A stretch of DNA of 64,000 nt. It comes from Lytechinus pictus (taxonomy: Eukaryota). Below the pieces are notes generated by a model. The model did not search any database, was not told the DNA's origin, and saw only the letters and a program-made list of their open reading frames with translations. Below, one piece after another: positions 41,098-55,396 of this stretch; position 1 is the first letter of the stretch; every line of letters starts with the position of its first letter. The position numbers and the translations under genes are program-made. The stretch covers positions 5,830,001 to 5,894,000 of the forward strand of contig NC_087250.1 of assembly GCF_037042905.1 (NCBI RefSeq), written 5' to 3'.

Positions 41098-42339
41098 TAC
41101 ATTCATATCTCGAAATTTATTTGAACAAACATGCATTTTAGATGTTGACTTTGCTGGCTTTCCTTACTTGTGATTGGTCGGATCAATCGCAACTCTGTGT
41201 AAGACGGGGCCCTGATATCTCTAATGTCGCAGTCACATTTGCTTTATATACGGTGGCCGTACGGCGAGTCGAAAACAGCCGTTTCATGCATTTTCATTCA
41301 AACCACCTAGCTGGTATACAAACAATTTTAAACGGCTGTTTTTGACTCGCCGTAGGGGACATTACTCTGCAGGTACAGGCTTTTGGTTTTGGCAATTTGC
41401 ATAGAGCATAATTCAGAGTCTGAAGCAGGGAGACTAGTTACTAAATTTGCTATGTAGGGGTGGAGGCATTCTGCGGCTGCGTCGACAAAGACATAATTAT
41501 CATCTATCATTTTCTGAGCAATAGTTCTATCCCTCGCCTTGACTATACAAGGTGAAATAATGCAGTTGCAGAGAACAATTATTTCATGAGGAGGCTTTAA
41601 AGTCAAAGATTGTCACCATATAATCATAGATCTAGAACTTATCTTGTGAAATCATGAGACCTTATAGCTGAAAACTGACGAGATTTATGATCACTTACAC
41701 AAAAAGGCATATGTGGGACAGAGTAAATATTGCTTGGAAAAATATCCGACATTTGAACGAATCCTTGTTTCTTTGCTCATTCCTCAGCAATTAGGCCTAC
41801 ATGTTTTCTTCCTTAGCAATATGTCACATATTATATATTATAACATATAAACACTTGGGTGGTCTTTTCATTGGATTCTCCATTTTGCCCCAGCACTGGC
41901 ATAGTCTGCTATGCAGACTCTGAATGGCTCGTAAGGTGGGATCTCAGCGCACTAAGCGCGCTGCTGCTGGTTTGCGAAACCAGTCTAAAAGGGCGAGCGA
42001 AGCGAGCTATTTCAGCCACAGTAGACTTAGTCTGCTATGCAGACTCGTTGAATCAGCTGTGGTACACACTGCAGATGTGGGTCTACATTTGTAGACTAGC
42101 ACTAGGCTGGAGATATTTATATTTCAATAAATAGAGTAAAATTCACAACGCAAAATCAGGTGGGCTGATGATGTCACATCCCCCTTTCCTTTTTCTTATG
42201 CTATTACATGAAATCATAAATGTTTTATTATTTCACATTATTATGATGAAATAAGCTGCGGCAATAAAATCCATATAGTTATTGTTCGAAATGGACATGA
42301 AATGTAATACTCCGAAAATTTGCTTTGCCCAATTGATCG

Positions 42340-42458
42340 TGGGCCCGGCAGCCGCAACTTCCATCTTTTAACGTCTTTTGGTCTGACGCGGCGGGGGTTT
42401 GAAACCCCGACCTCCCAGTTGTGAGACGGACGCTCTACCAACTGAGCCAACACACCGG
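42340..42458 (-). mobile_element. tRNA-derived SINE 5' fragment
   Basis: Minus strand reads ggtgtgttggctcagttggtagagcgtccgtctcacaactgggaggtcggggtttcaaacccc. Confidence 0.75.
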
Positions 42459-42764
42459 TTGATAAAAAAACTAACGCACTTAATCAGTTTTCAATCCAAT
42501 TGTTTTATTTCATGGTAGAAACATTTTGAATAAATTTTGTATATGATAAAATACAAAAGAACAAGTAGGGATATGACATCATCAGCCCACCTAATGAATA
42601 TTCATGAAGACATACATAGAACCATACGGTTACACCGGAACAATGCACATTTTTAGAATTCAATAACTTCGTTGTTATCCGAATTTTACAAATTTGTCGG
42701 CTTATTGATTATAAAATTTACTTTGTCGCCTTAAATGGTGCCAGCCTGCCTGGTAGTTACTTAA

Positions 42765-43349
42765 AGGACAAGTCCACCCCATCAAAAAAGTTGAATTGAA
42801 CAAAAAGAGAAAAATCCAACAAGCATAACACTGAAAATTTCATCAAAATCGGATGTAAAATAAGAAAGTTATGACATTTTAAAGTTTCGCTTAATTTCAC
42901 AAAACAGTTATATGCACATCCAGGTCAGATGCAAATGAGGAGACTGATGACATCATCCACTCACTATTTCTTTTGTATTTTATTACATGAAATATTCTAA
43001 TTTTCTTCTCATTGTCAAGTTTAACAACGATTAATTCCTATTTGAACATGTGGAATGAGCATTGTTTAATACTATATTGTTCAGTCAAGTTGTTCATTAT
43101 TGTCAAATATGTAAAAAATGAAATATTGTATAATTCAAACAATAAAAAACAAAAGGAATAGTGAGTGATGGACATCATCGACTGACTCATTTGTATTTCA
43201 CTGAGTTGTGCATATCACTATTTTGTGAAAAATAAGCGAAACTTTAAAATGCCATAAGTTTCTTATTTTACATCCGATTTTCAGCATTAAGCTAGTTTGA
43301 TTTTTCTCTATTTAATCAAATCAACATTTTTCTGGGGTAGACTTGACCC
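42765..43349. mobile_element. Kolobok-like MITE family 1
   Basis: TTAA flanks, aggacaagtccacccc TIR. Confidence 0.9.
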
Positions 43350-43947
43350 TTAAATTAACGTTATTTTGAAAGGAGGATCAAAGCACTCCTTTCGACAAAA
43401 TTTTTATACAATCTTTTGTTATTTTTTTAGTGCGGGGTGAAAATGACCGATGTTAAGCCCTATTGCTTGTATAAATTTACTTTTAATTTTTATTTAGTGG
43501 TCTAAAATTAAAGTTTGATTGAAAGTATAATAAAATGCAACTTGACAATTTTTGATTTACAGAAATCATTTTTTACAATAAATGTTTTCTTTCAAATTCA
43601 AAATGAGAAAAAAATTTGGGTTTTATTTTAAAATGTGAACATTTCTAATAATCCACAAATTAGAAATTTTGCAGTTATTAAAATCGATTACAAATCGGGA
43701 CCAGTCGGATTGAGCCAATACTCTCTGTGGATTGAGCAAAGAGGTAGTCTACGTGCAGTCCTTGGGTTTGCAGGGTCTGAAATAATGAGACTAGATTCAC
43801 TATGAACTGTGGCTGCCAGATCGATGGTTTGGAGCCTAGTCCTTACTCTAGACGTAATAATAATAATAGTAATAATAATATTAATAATAGTAATAATAAT
43901 AATAATAATGACAGTAATAATAACAATAATAATAATGATAATAATAA

Positions 43948-44226
43948 CGAGAGGATGTGGAACGTGAAAGCAGAGGTCACACCAGTCATCATTGGTCACT
44001 CAGGAATGGTGAAGAAGGGAATGGAAGCCTGCATAACCAAGATCTCTCCTCACCTTCGGATGTACGACATTCAGAAGGCAGCTATCTTGGGTACAACCAG
44101 ATTGATAAGAAAGACTCTCGGACATTAGTAGTGTAAAGTTCCTAGTTGCACTTGAAATTACTTGGTGCTTTTTGTTAGAGCAAAGTTATTCAAGAAAAAA
44201 AATACGGACTTGATCCTGTTTAGAGG
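43948..44226 (+). mobile_element. 3' fragment of an R4/Dong-like (restriction-like endonuclease) LINE in an (aat)n tract
   Basis: ERMWNVKAEVTPVIIGHSGMVKKG...IQKAAILGTTRLIRKTL resembles the R4-clade C-terminus. (aat)n on both sides. Confidence 0.75.
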
Positions 44227-44988
44227 AATAGTAATAATAATATTAATAATATTAATAATAGTAACAATAATAATAATGATAGTAATAATAATAATAATAA
44301 TATTCATTATATAGTATTTATAAAGCGCCAAATCCACATTGATAGTGTGCTCAAGGTGCTGCAAAAAGGAAGTGATAGAAAAATAAGTTTAAAGAATGCA
44401 TAATTTTCAAGTTTTGAATGGTTCGTGATCAATGATTTGTGTTATAGGAACGGGTGTAAAATGATATGCTTTTTTCATATCCTAAATGCATAGTAATAAA
44501 CATTTTTAATTCTCTGGGAAAATGAAAATGACATTTTCGTTGAACTTTTGCCATTCGATATGTAGGAAAGCTGCTAAAAAAAAAAAAAAACCATAACAAA
44601 TCGTTCGTAATAATCGATTACAACTTCATGTTATAATCGATTAGTCCGAGATCATTAGTTTCCCTATTCTGGTAGCAAGGATCAATGTCATACATAACAA
44701 TACAAATTAATTCGTTTAATAATCAAATTTAAGATAATACTTTATTATTGAACAGTGACAATACAATTAAGAAATATTTATTTGTTATTAACTTTCTTCC
44801 TTATCTTAGTTATTTAAACTGATTTTAACTGTTAATAAAAAAAAAAAAAATTGATATATATAATTATATATAACACAGGAAGAATCACAACACTGACAAG
44901 GTGTTACGACTCTTAATTTTGGTTGAGGAAATTTCTTTTCTGTGTAGATTTCCTCTAATACACATACGTCCTTTCATCAGGGATTAAA

Positions 44989-45564
44989 AGGGGAATCCAG
45001 CCTTGGCCATAAATTGTCGCGTTGGGAATTAAGGAGAAAAATAAATAAATCAGAATGGTGAAAGTTTGAAAGAAATCAGACAAGCAATAAGAAAGTTATA
45101 GCTGCTTTAAAATTGAGATCACTAATACTATGTAGATTTCAAATTGGCAACTGGGTAATAAATTATGACAAGGGGCAAGGACAACTTTCCCATAGGCCAT
45201 GTACTTTATTACAAGTACCCATTCCCCTGGGGCAGTAATCTAAATATAACCCAGGTAGTACATTGTTTTATGTCCTCATGAAAGAAAAATATAATTTGAA
45301 ATAAAACTTTTGGGAAAAATGACATTTTAGCCATAATATGTATTAGAGTACATGGAAGAGTAGTCCTTGCCTTACATCACTATGACATCCCATATGCGGC
45401 CAATTTGAAGTCTCCATGGGTATAGTGATTACCAATATTTACAACTTTTAAAAATTCATAACTTTCTTGTTGTTTGTCAAATATTGTTCAAACTTTCACC
45501 TATCAACTTGTCTGATTTTTCTTTTCCTTATAAAAACAAGTTTTTATTTGGGTTGGATTCCCCT
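44989..45564. mobile_element. Kolobok-like MITE family 2
   Basis: aggggaatccagcc ... ggttggattcccct|ttaa. Confidence 0.9.
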
Positions 45565-47610
45565 TTAAGATTTGGAGGTGTCTCACGTTTTCATTTTTCG
45601 AAATTCGGGAGAAAGTTCGATTTTTTTCAGGAAAAGTCCGAAGTGGTAAAATTCCACGAATTTTTCGGGGGAATCGGAAAATCACCTAGGGGATGGATGT
45701 GTTGGCAGGAAGTGAATAGACCGAGCCATCCTCCTTGGCATACTTATGAAGATTGATGAAGAGAAGCAGTGCTTCGACTTTTGGACAGTGACTCTCGAGG
45801 GGTGAGCTGCTGCAATATTAAAAGCGTGTCAAACCGACATTGGCGACCAAGGAGGGGAGGAGGGGGGAGGGAGACTTCCAGACAACTCAAGAGGTGGTTT
45901 CAGGAAGAAGTGGCGATAGTGGCGGAGTGCTTTCCGCTGTAACCTAACAATATAATAGCAATATAATAGACGGGTCTTCTTTCCTTCTTTCATGTTTTGC
46001 TTTGTGTTCCTTGTCTTGTCTAGTAACCTGTGTGTCCCTGTTCTTTGTAACGTTCTCTGTTTTCGTCCTTGTCCAGTTCTGTTACCTTCTCCGAGCTCAG
46101 CTCTATTTTTTCTGTATCTATTATTAGCTATCAATGATTACACATTAATTATTTGTTAAGGGCCTATCCACAACAAGCTTTTGCTTTACTTAAGGTCCAT
46201 CCACTTGAATCTGCATTTATATTGTAATTATGCATACTATTTCGGAATGAGTTATATGCTTTTTGTAATTTGATTGATTTGTGGAAAATTAAATGAAATG
46301 AATGAATAAACAAGAAGTTCAAATACACTGGTACCAGCTCCAGCCCAAATCGAACATGGATACTATATTAGGGGCTAATAGAAGGTTTGAAGTTTGTGAA
46401 TCTTGCCTTGAATGGAAGGAGCCCTCTCGAGCAGCCAAGCATGTCTAACCTTTTCGCAACATTTTTGGTAAGGCATGTTACGTAGGTCAAAGTGTTGGTG
46501 ATGGTGACGCTAAGATACGCTTTGTTGGTTTTAAGGCTGAGTTCATGAAGTTGAGAGGAGAAAGATGGGTCTGATACTGGAATGAAAATTGCTTTCATTC
46601 TGACCCGCTTTTTTATCGATTTTATTGCGATCAGTAAGCTTTATTGCGCGCAGTAACCTCGATCCGTCTTTTGTGTAATCGATTCAAATATTTTCAATTC
46701 TTTACGTCTTGCGTTTCTTCTCTTTTTTGTCTTTAAAACTGTGTTACGGATACCAAATTTACGTCATTATTCATTTAAAAATAATGTCTATTATATTGAT
46801 TATATTTATCATATTCACATGATATTATCGTCACACGATCTAGTTATTTGTTACTTTTGTTTCAAGTACGCTATATATTAAAGGGATGCATGGTCCGAAA
46901 TGAAAATATTTACATCGAAATAAAAAGAGTAAATTTCACATCGAAATAAAAAGAGCAAATTTCACTTAGCAAAATATCTTACATGTACTAGTTTCCAAAG
47001 ACTAAATAGTGGACGAAACATTTTAATAAGACCTAAACCAACTGGTCCACAACGATTGATTGCAACAATATGTCACTTCTTTCTAATCGATTAAAGTTCA
47101 ATTCGATAGTGCTACCTATTTTTATAGTAGGAAGGGTCGATATCATTAATAACAATACAAATAGCTTCTTTTAATTGTTGTTTTTGTAACACGTTTATTA
47201 TTATTCAATTGTGACAACACAATTTAGAAAAAAAATTAAATTAATTTTAAATACTTATTTGAATTCATCACAACTGTTAATTTTTATTATTTTAATTGTT
47301 ATAATATATGATGCTTCCAATCATTTTCATATTCCTATTTCTAATTTAAATTTTAATTTTGGAGGAGGGATTATCTATTGTGTATAGATTTCCTTCATAT
47401 ATAATACTCTCGTCCTTTCAACAGTAATTATCAATTTTTAGGCGGCAGTGTTTGCTCCCAGACAATTTGGGAAACTAGACTTTTTTCAGGAAAAGTTAGA
47501 ATCGCCAAAATTCCAGGAAATTTCGGGGAATCCGAAAATTACAAAGGGGATGTATGTGCTGGCAGGAAGTGAATTCTACAGCCTTGTCGTCCTCCTTGGT
47601 ATATGATTAA

Positions 47611-48205
47611 AGGGGAATCCAGCCTTGGCCATAAAATGTTGTGTTGGGAAGGAGAAAAATAAATTAAACAGAATGGTGAAAGTTTGAAAGAAATCGGACA
47701 ACCAACAAGAAAGTTATAGCTGCTTTAAAATTGAGATCACTAGTACTTTGTAGATTTCAAATTGGCAACTGGGTAAGTAAATTATGACAAGGGGCAAGGA
47801 CAACTTTCCCATAGGCCATGTACTTTATTATCAGGGATTTGTGGTTTTCTCCTAAGTACCCATTCCCCTGGGGCAGTAATCTAAATATAACCCAAGTAGT
47901 ATATTGTTTTATGTCCTCATGAAAGAAAAATATAATTTGATATAAAACTTTTGGGAAAAATGACATTTTAGCCACATTATGTATTGGAGTACATGGAAGA
48001 GTAGTCCTTGCCTTACATCACTATGACATCCCATATGCGGCCAATTTGAAGTCTCCATGGGTATAGTGATTACCAATATTTACAACTTTTAAAAATTCAT
48101 AACTTTCTTGTTGTTTGTCCAATATTGTTCAAACTTTCACCTATCAGCTTGTCTGATTTTTCTTTTCCTTATAAAAACAAGTTTTTATATGGGTTGGATT
48201 CCCCT
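47611..48205. mobile_element. Kolobok-like MITE family 2
   Basis: TTAA duplication confirmed by the empty site atatgattaaggaaaag in sister repeat units. Confidence 0.95.
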
Positions 48206-51200
48206 TTAAGGAAAAGAAGAAATGTTCGACTTTTGGAAAGTGTCTCTGTACGGGTGGGAAGCTGCAGCAGAGCGTGTCAAACGGACTTTGGGGGGGGGGG
48301 GATTCCAGACAACTCAAGAGATGGTTTCAGGAAGAAGTGGCGATAGAAGGTACTGAGAGATGCATCATTAAGGTGCTTGAGTGGAGAAAGCCTAACCTTG
48401 AAAGGGTCTTCAATTCTCAGGAGGCGGATTGCTTTCCGCTGTAACCTAACAAGGCGTTCAAATACACTGGTACCAGCTCCAGCCCAAATCGAACATGGGT
48501 ACTATATTAGGGGGCTAATAGAAGCTTTGAAGATTGTGAATCTTGCCTTGAATAGAAGGAACCCTCTCGAGCAGCAGAGCATATCTTACCTTTTCGCAAC
48601 ATTTTTGGTAAGGCATGTTACGTAGGTCAAAGTGTTGGCGATGGTGACGCTAAGTAGGGTGATACGCTTTGTTGGTTTTAAGGCTGAGTTCATGAAGTTG
48701 AGAGGAGGAAGATGGGTCTGATACTGAATGATAATTGCTTTCATTCTGACCCGCTTTTTTATCGATTTTATTGCGATCAGTAAGCTTTATTGCGCGCAGT
48801 AACCTCGATCCGTCTTTTTTGTAATCGATTCAAATATTTTCAATTCTTTACGTCTTGCGTTTCTTCTCTTTTTTGTCTTTAAAACTGTGTTACGGATACC
48901 AAATTTACGTCATTATTCATTTAAAAATAATGTCTATTATATTGATTATATTTATCATATTCACATGATATTATCGTCACACGAACTAGTTATTTGTTAC
49001 TTTTGTTTCAAGTACGCTATATATTAAAGGGATGCATGGTCCGAAATTAAAATATTTACATCGAAATAAAAAGAGTAAATTACACATCGAAATAAAAAGA
49101 GCAAATTTCACTTAGCAAAAGATCTTACATGTACTAGTTTCCAAAGACTAAATAGTAGACGAAACATTTTAATAAGACCTAAACCAACTGGTCCACAACG
49201 ATTGATTGCAACAATATGTCACTTCTTTCTAATCGATTGAAAGTTCAATTCGATAGTGCTCCCTATTTCCATAGTAGGAAGGGTCGATATCATTAATAAC
49301 AATACAAATAGCTTCTTTTAATAGTTGTTTTTGTAACAAGTCCATTATTATTCAATTTTGACAACACAATTTAGAAAAAAAATTAAATTAATTTTAAATA
49401 CTTATTTGAATTCATCACAACTGTTATTTCTATTATTTTAATTGTAATAATTTTTGATGCTTCACAATATTTTTCATAAATTTAGTTTACTTTAAATTTT
49501 AATTTTAGAGGAGGGATTATCCATTGTGTATAGTTTTCCTTCATATATAATACTCTCGTCCTTTCATCAGTAATTATCAATTTTCAGGCGGCAGTGTTTG
49601 CTTCCAGACAATTTGGGAAACTAGACTTATTCAGGAAAAGTTAGAATTGCCAAAATTCCAGGAAATTTCGGGGAATCCGAAAATTACAAAGGGGATTGAT
49701 GTGCTGGCAGGAAGTGAATTCTACAGCCTTGCCGTCCTCCTTGGTATATGATTAAGGAAAAGAAGAAATGTTCGACTTTTGGACAGTGACTCTGTACGGG
49801 TGGGAAGCTGCAGCAGAGCGTGTCAAACGGACTTTGGGGGGCCAAGGAGGGGGGGGGGATTCCAGACAACTCAAGAGATGGTTTCAGGAAGAAGTGGCGA
49901 TAGAAGGTACTGAGAGATGCATCATTAAGGTGCTTGAGTGGAGAAAGCCTAACCTTGGAAGGATCTTCAATTCTCAGGAGGCGGAGTGCTTTCCCCTGTA
50001 ACCTAACAAGAAGTTCAAATACACTGGTACCAGCTCCAGCCCAAATCGAACATGGGTACTATATTAGGGGCGAATAGAAGCTTTGAAGATTGTGAATCTT
50101 GCCTTCAATGGAAGGAGCCCTCTCGAGCAGCCAAGCATGTCTAACCTTTTCGCAACATTTTTGGTAAGCCATGTTACGTAGGTCAAAGTGTTAGCAATGG
50201 TGACGCTCAGTAGGGTGATACGCTTTGTTGGTTTTAGGCTGAGTTCATGAAGTTGAGAGGAGGAAGATGGGTCTGATACTGGAATGAAAATTGCTTTCAT
50301 TCTGACCCGCTTTTTTATCGATTTTATTGCGATCAGTAAGCTTTATATTGCGCGCAGTAACCTCGATCCGTCTTTTGTGTAATCGTTTCCAATATTTTCA
50401 ATTCTTTACGTCTTGCGTTTCTTCTCTTTTTTGTCTTTAAAACTGTGTTACGGATACCAAATTTACGTCATTATTCATTTAAAAATAATGTATATTATAT
50501 TGATTATATTTATCATATTCACATGATATTATCGTCACACGAACTAGTTATTTGTTACTTTTGTTTCAAGTACGCTATATATTAAAGGGATGCATGGTCC
50601 GAAATGAAAATATTTACATCGAAATAAAAAGAGTAAATTTCACATCGAAATAAAAAGAGCAAATTTCACTTAGCAAAAGATCTTACATGTACAAGTTTCC
50701 AAAGACTAAATAGTAGACGAAACATTTTAATAAGACCTAAACCAACCGGTTCACAACGATTGATTGCAACAATATGTCACTTCTTTCTAATCGATTAAAG
50801 TTCAAATCGATAGTGCTCCCTATATTCATGGTAGGAAGGGTCGATATCATTAATAACAATACAAATAGCTTCTTTTGATAGTTGTTTTTGTAACAAGTCC
50901 ATTATTATTCAATTGTGACAACACAACTTAGAAAAAAAAAAAATTAATTTTTGTTACTTATTTGAATTTATCACAACTGTTAATTTTTATTATTTTATTG
51001 TTATAATATATGATGCTTCCAATTAATTTGATAATCTATTTACAACTTTATATTTTAATTTTGGAGGAGGAATTATCTATTGTGTATAGTTTTCCTTCAT
51101 ATATAATACTCTCGTCCTTTCAACAGTAATTATCAATTTTTAGGTGGCAGTGTTTGCTTCCAGACAATTTGGGAAACTAGACTCTTTCAGGAAAAGTTAG

Positions 51201-51309
51201 AATTGCCAAAATTCCAGGAAATTTCGGGGAATCCGAAAATTACAAAGGGGATGTATGTGCTGGCAGGAAGTGAATTCTACAGCCTTGCCGTCCGCCTTGG
51301 TATATGATT

Positions 51310-52573
51310 CCCGACCTTTCGTTTGAGGACGCGCACGCTTATTTACGACGGTAGTTGATTTTAAAAGAGACTTTTTGGGCCCGTCATCATGGTCGTAAAA
51401 TTCTGTCCTGCAATGCAAATTGTGTGACATGATATTTTTTTTTCGTTTCGCATCTGCGACGGAAACATTCAATATGCGTTTCGTGTGCAAAATTCTGGTT
51501 GCTACTATGGTAACAGCGATTTATCCGATTTAGGACGACTTTCCAAATCCACTTTTGGTTCCTCCCAGAGCTCGAGAAGCCGCCCGGGGGGCCCACTCCC
51601 ATTGAATAGTGGATACCAGGCGCGACCATACGTAAAAAGGGAAATAGTGGGTAAGTACGTTACGTATAGGCATATGTTGCATTATAAGTGTGTCAAAAAC
51701 GATGATTAAAATACTGAAAAACGGGATATATTTCCAATACTTGTAGGGTGTAACAACCCAAATACTTAAGAGATGCATTTTCATAATCTGGAAAAGACTT
51801 TCTTCCATTGTTTAGGGTGCTTTTCAAAACCCCATGGTCGCGCCTGGTATCCACTCATCAACGGAAGTGTACCCCCCGGGAAATCCCCCATTTCTGCGGA
51901 AAGTAAAACATACTGCCCATTACATTGTGTGCTAGAGGCATATCGTTTGTGTATAAGAGCAGGCAAATGAAGAAAACCCCGCAAATTTAGATGTTTTTCC
52001 AGACGGTTTATGGCCTATTGCATGATGTGTATATGTCAACGCATGCGAAAATGGTTCCGGCTGGAGAGGTGATCTGACTCATGGAATCAATTGCCAGTGA
52101 TCCACCAATAATGTACATTAAATGCAATATCGATTCGATGGACTGTAATGATCTATATCTAAGCCTTAATTCGGTAAGTTTTTCCTTACTCAATATGTAC
52201 TCGATTTGTCTGAAAAACCACTTTCTTATCCATGTCATAATCTACATTTCGCATGTCTCCAGCCAGCTGGAGTCATAGCCATGATACAGGTACAGTCCCG
52301 CCGCGAGCTCAGCCAGGCAAATGGCATGGCATGCTGGTATCATAGAGCTATTATAGCTCCATGCTAGTATCGTATGAAAGAGCTTTGCACACGAAAAGCA
52401 AGATCTATAGGGCCTGTAACACACAGCTCAGCAATGATTGTAGAACAGTTTTCTACGTTTGATTGTATTGACTGTAACGTACAATCAATCTGAAAATCGA
52501 GTCCATGATTAATTGTTAACTTTTGAGTTACCCGACTCTAATCTCGCGTTGTAGAGGATTGCGAAAGGTGCCT
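51310..52573. mobile_element. 1264-bp non-coding insertion in an array unit (copy 1)
   Basis: Absent from most units. Short subterminal IR acctttcg / cgaaaggt, att on both flanks, internal MITE at about 51582-51880. Confidence 0.75.
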
Positions 52574-54132
52574 ATTAAGGAAAAGAAGAAGTGTTCGACT
52601 TTTGAACAGTGACTCTGTACGGGTGGGAAGCTGCAGCAGAGCGTGTCAAACGGACTTTGGGGGGCCAAGGGGGGGGGGGGGGGTTCCAGACAACTCAAGA
52701 GATGGTTTCAGGAAGAAGTGGCGATAGAAGGTACTGAGAGATGCATCATTAATGTGCTTGAGTGGAGAAAGCCTAACCTTGGAAGGGTCTTCAATTCTCA
52801 GGAGGCGGAGTGCTTTCCGCTGTAACCTATTAAGAAGTATGAGTACACCGGTACCAGCTCCAGCCCAAAGCGAACATGGGTACTATATTAGGGGCTAATA
52901 GAAGGTTTGAAGATTGTGAATCTTGCCTTGAATAGAAGGAGCCCTCTCGAGCAGCCAAGCATGTCTAACCTTTTCGCAACATTTTTGGTAAGGCATGTTA
53001 CGTAGGTCAAAGTGTTAGCGATGGTGACGCTATAGGTTGATACGCTTTGTTGGTTTTAAGGCTGAGTTCATGAAGTTGAGAGGAGGAAGATGGGTCTGAT
53101 ACTGGAATGAACATTGCTTTCATTTTGACCCGCTTTTTTATCGATTTTATTGCGATCAGTAAGCTTTATTGCGCGCAGTAACCTCGATCCGTCTTTTGTG
53201 TAATCGATTCAAATATTTTCAATTCTTTATGTCTTGCGTTTCTTCTCTTTTTTGTCTTTAAAACTGTGTCACGGATACCAAATTTACGTCATTATTCATT
53301 TAAAAATAATGTCTATTATATTGATTATATTTATCATATTCACATGATATTATCGTCACACGAACTAGTTATTTGTTACTTTTGTTTCAAGTACGCTATA
53401 TATTAAAGGGATGCATGGTCCGAAATGAAAATATTTACATCGAAATAAAAAGAGTAAATTTCACATCGAAATAAAAAGAGCAAATTGCACTTAGCAAAAG
53501 ATCTTACATGTACTAGTTTCCAAAGACTAAATAGTAGACAAAACATTTTAATAAGACCTAAACCAACTGGTCCACAACGATTGATTACAACAATATGTCA
53601 CTTTTTTCTAATCGATTAAAGTTCAAATCGATAGTGCTCCCTATATTCATGGTAGGAAGGGTCGATATCATTAATAACAATACAAATAGCTTCTTTTGAT
53701 AGTTGTTTTTGTAACAAGTCCATTATTATTCAATTGTGACAACACAACTTAGAAAAAAAAAAAAAAATAATTTTTGTTACTTATTTGAATTTATCACAAC
53801 TGTTAATTTTTATTATTTTATTGTTATAATATATGATGCTTCCAATGAATTTGATAATCTATTTACAACTTTATATTTTAATTTTGGAGGAGGAATTATC
53901 TATTGTGTATAGTTTTCCTTCATATATAATACTCTCGTCCTTTCAACAGTAATTATCAATTTTTAGGTGGCAGTGTTTGCTTCCAGACAATTTGGGAAAC
54001 TAGACTCTTTCAGGAAAAGTTAGAATTGCCAAAATTCCAGGAAATTTCGGGGAATCCGAAAATTACAAAGGGGATGTATGTGCTGGCAGGAAGTGAATTC
54101 TACAGCCTTGCCGTCCGCCTTGGTATATGATT

Positions 54133-55396
54133 CCCGACCTTTCGTTTGAGGACGCGCACGCTTATTTACGACGGTAGTTGATTTTAAAAGAGACTTTTTG
54201 GGCCCGTCATCATGGTCGTAAAATTCTGTCCTGCAATGCAAATTGTGTGACATGATATTTTTTTTTCGTTTCGCATCTGCGACGGAAACATTCAATATGC
54301 GTTTCGTGTGCAAAATTCTGGTTGCTACTATGGTAACATCGATTTATCCGATTTAGGACGACTTTCCAAATCCACTTTTGGTTCCTCCCAGAGCTCGAGA
54401 AGCCGCCCGGGGGGCCCACTCCCATTGAATAGTGGATACCAGGCGCGACCATACGTAAAAAGGGAAATAGTGGGTAAGTACGTTACGTATAGGCATATGT
54501 TGCATTATAAGTGTGTCAAAAACGATGATTAAAATACTGAAAAACGGGATATATTTCCAATACTTGTAGGGTGTAACAACCCAAATACTTAAGAGATGCA
54601 TTTTCATAATCTGGAAAAGACTTTCTTCCATTGTTTAGGGTGCTTTTCAAAACCCCATGGTCGCGCCTGGTATCCACTCATCAACGGAAGTGTACCCCCC
54701 GGGAAATCCCCCATTTCTGCGGAAAGTAAAACATACTGCCCATTACATTGTGTGCTAGAGGCATATCGTTTGTGTATAAGAGCAGGCAAATGAAGAAAAC
54801 CCCGCAAATTTAGATGTTTTTCCAGACGGTTTATGGCCTATTGCATGATGTGTATATGTCAACGCATGCGAAAATGGTTCCGGCTGGAGAGGTGATCTGA
54901 CTCATGGAATCAATTGCCAGTGATCCACCAATAATGTACATTAAATGCAATATCGATTCGATGGACTGTAATGATCTATATCTAAGCCTTAATTCGGTAA
55001 GTTTTTCCTTACTCAATATGTACTCGATTTGTCTGAAAAACCACTTTCTTATCCATGTCATAATCTACATTTCGCATGTCTCCAGCCAGCTGGAGTCATA
55101 GCCATGATACAGGTACAGTCCCGCCGCGAGCTCAGCCAGGCAAATGGCATGGCATGCTGGTATCATAGAGCTATTATAGCTCCATGCTAGTATCGTATGA
55201 AAGAGCTTTGCACACGAAAAGCAAGATCTATAGGGCCTGTAACACACAGCTCAGCAATGATTGTAGAACAGTTTTCTACGTTTGATTGTATTGACTGTAA
55301 CGTACAATCAATCTGAAAATCGAGTCCATGATTAATTGTTAACTTTTGAGTTACCCGACTCTAATCTCGCGTTGTAGAGGATTGCGAAAGGTGCCT
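54133..55396. mobile_element. 1264-bp insertion (copy 2, duplicated together with its unit)
   Basis: Nearly identical to copy 1 at an offset of 2823 bp. Confidence 0.75.

Larger units (their letters stand above)
39762..41212. mobile_element. Harbinger-like MITE with nested insertions
   Basis: gggccccgtcttacaaagagtt / aactctgtgtaagacggggccc. An uninterrupted relative lies at 62203-62491. Confidence 0.85.

Noticed and set aside
51197..55247. Duplicated cluster of short ORFs
   Set aside because: Short overlapping ORFs on both strands with no domains. The identity comes from the 2823-bp tandem duplication.
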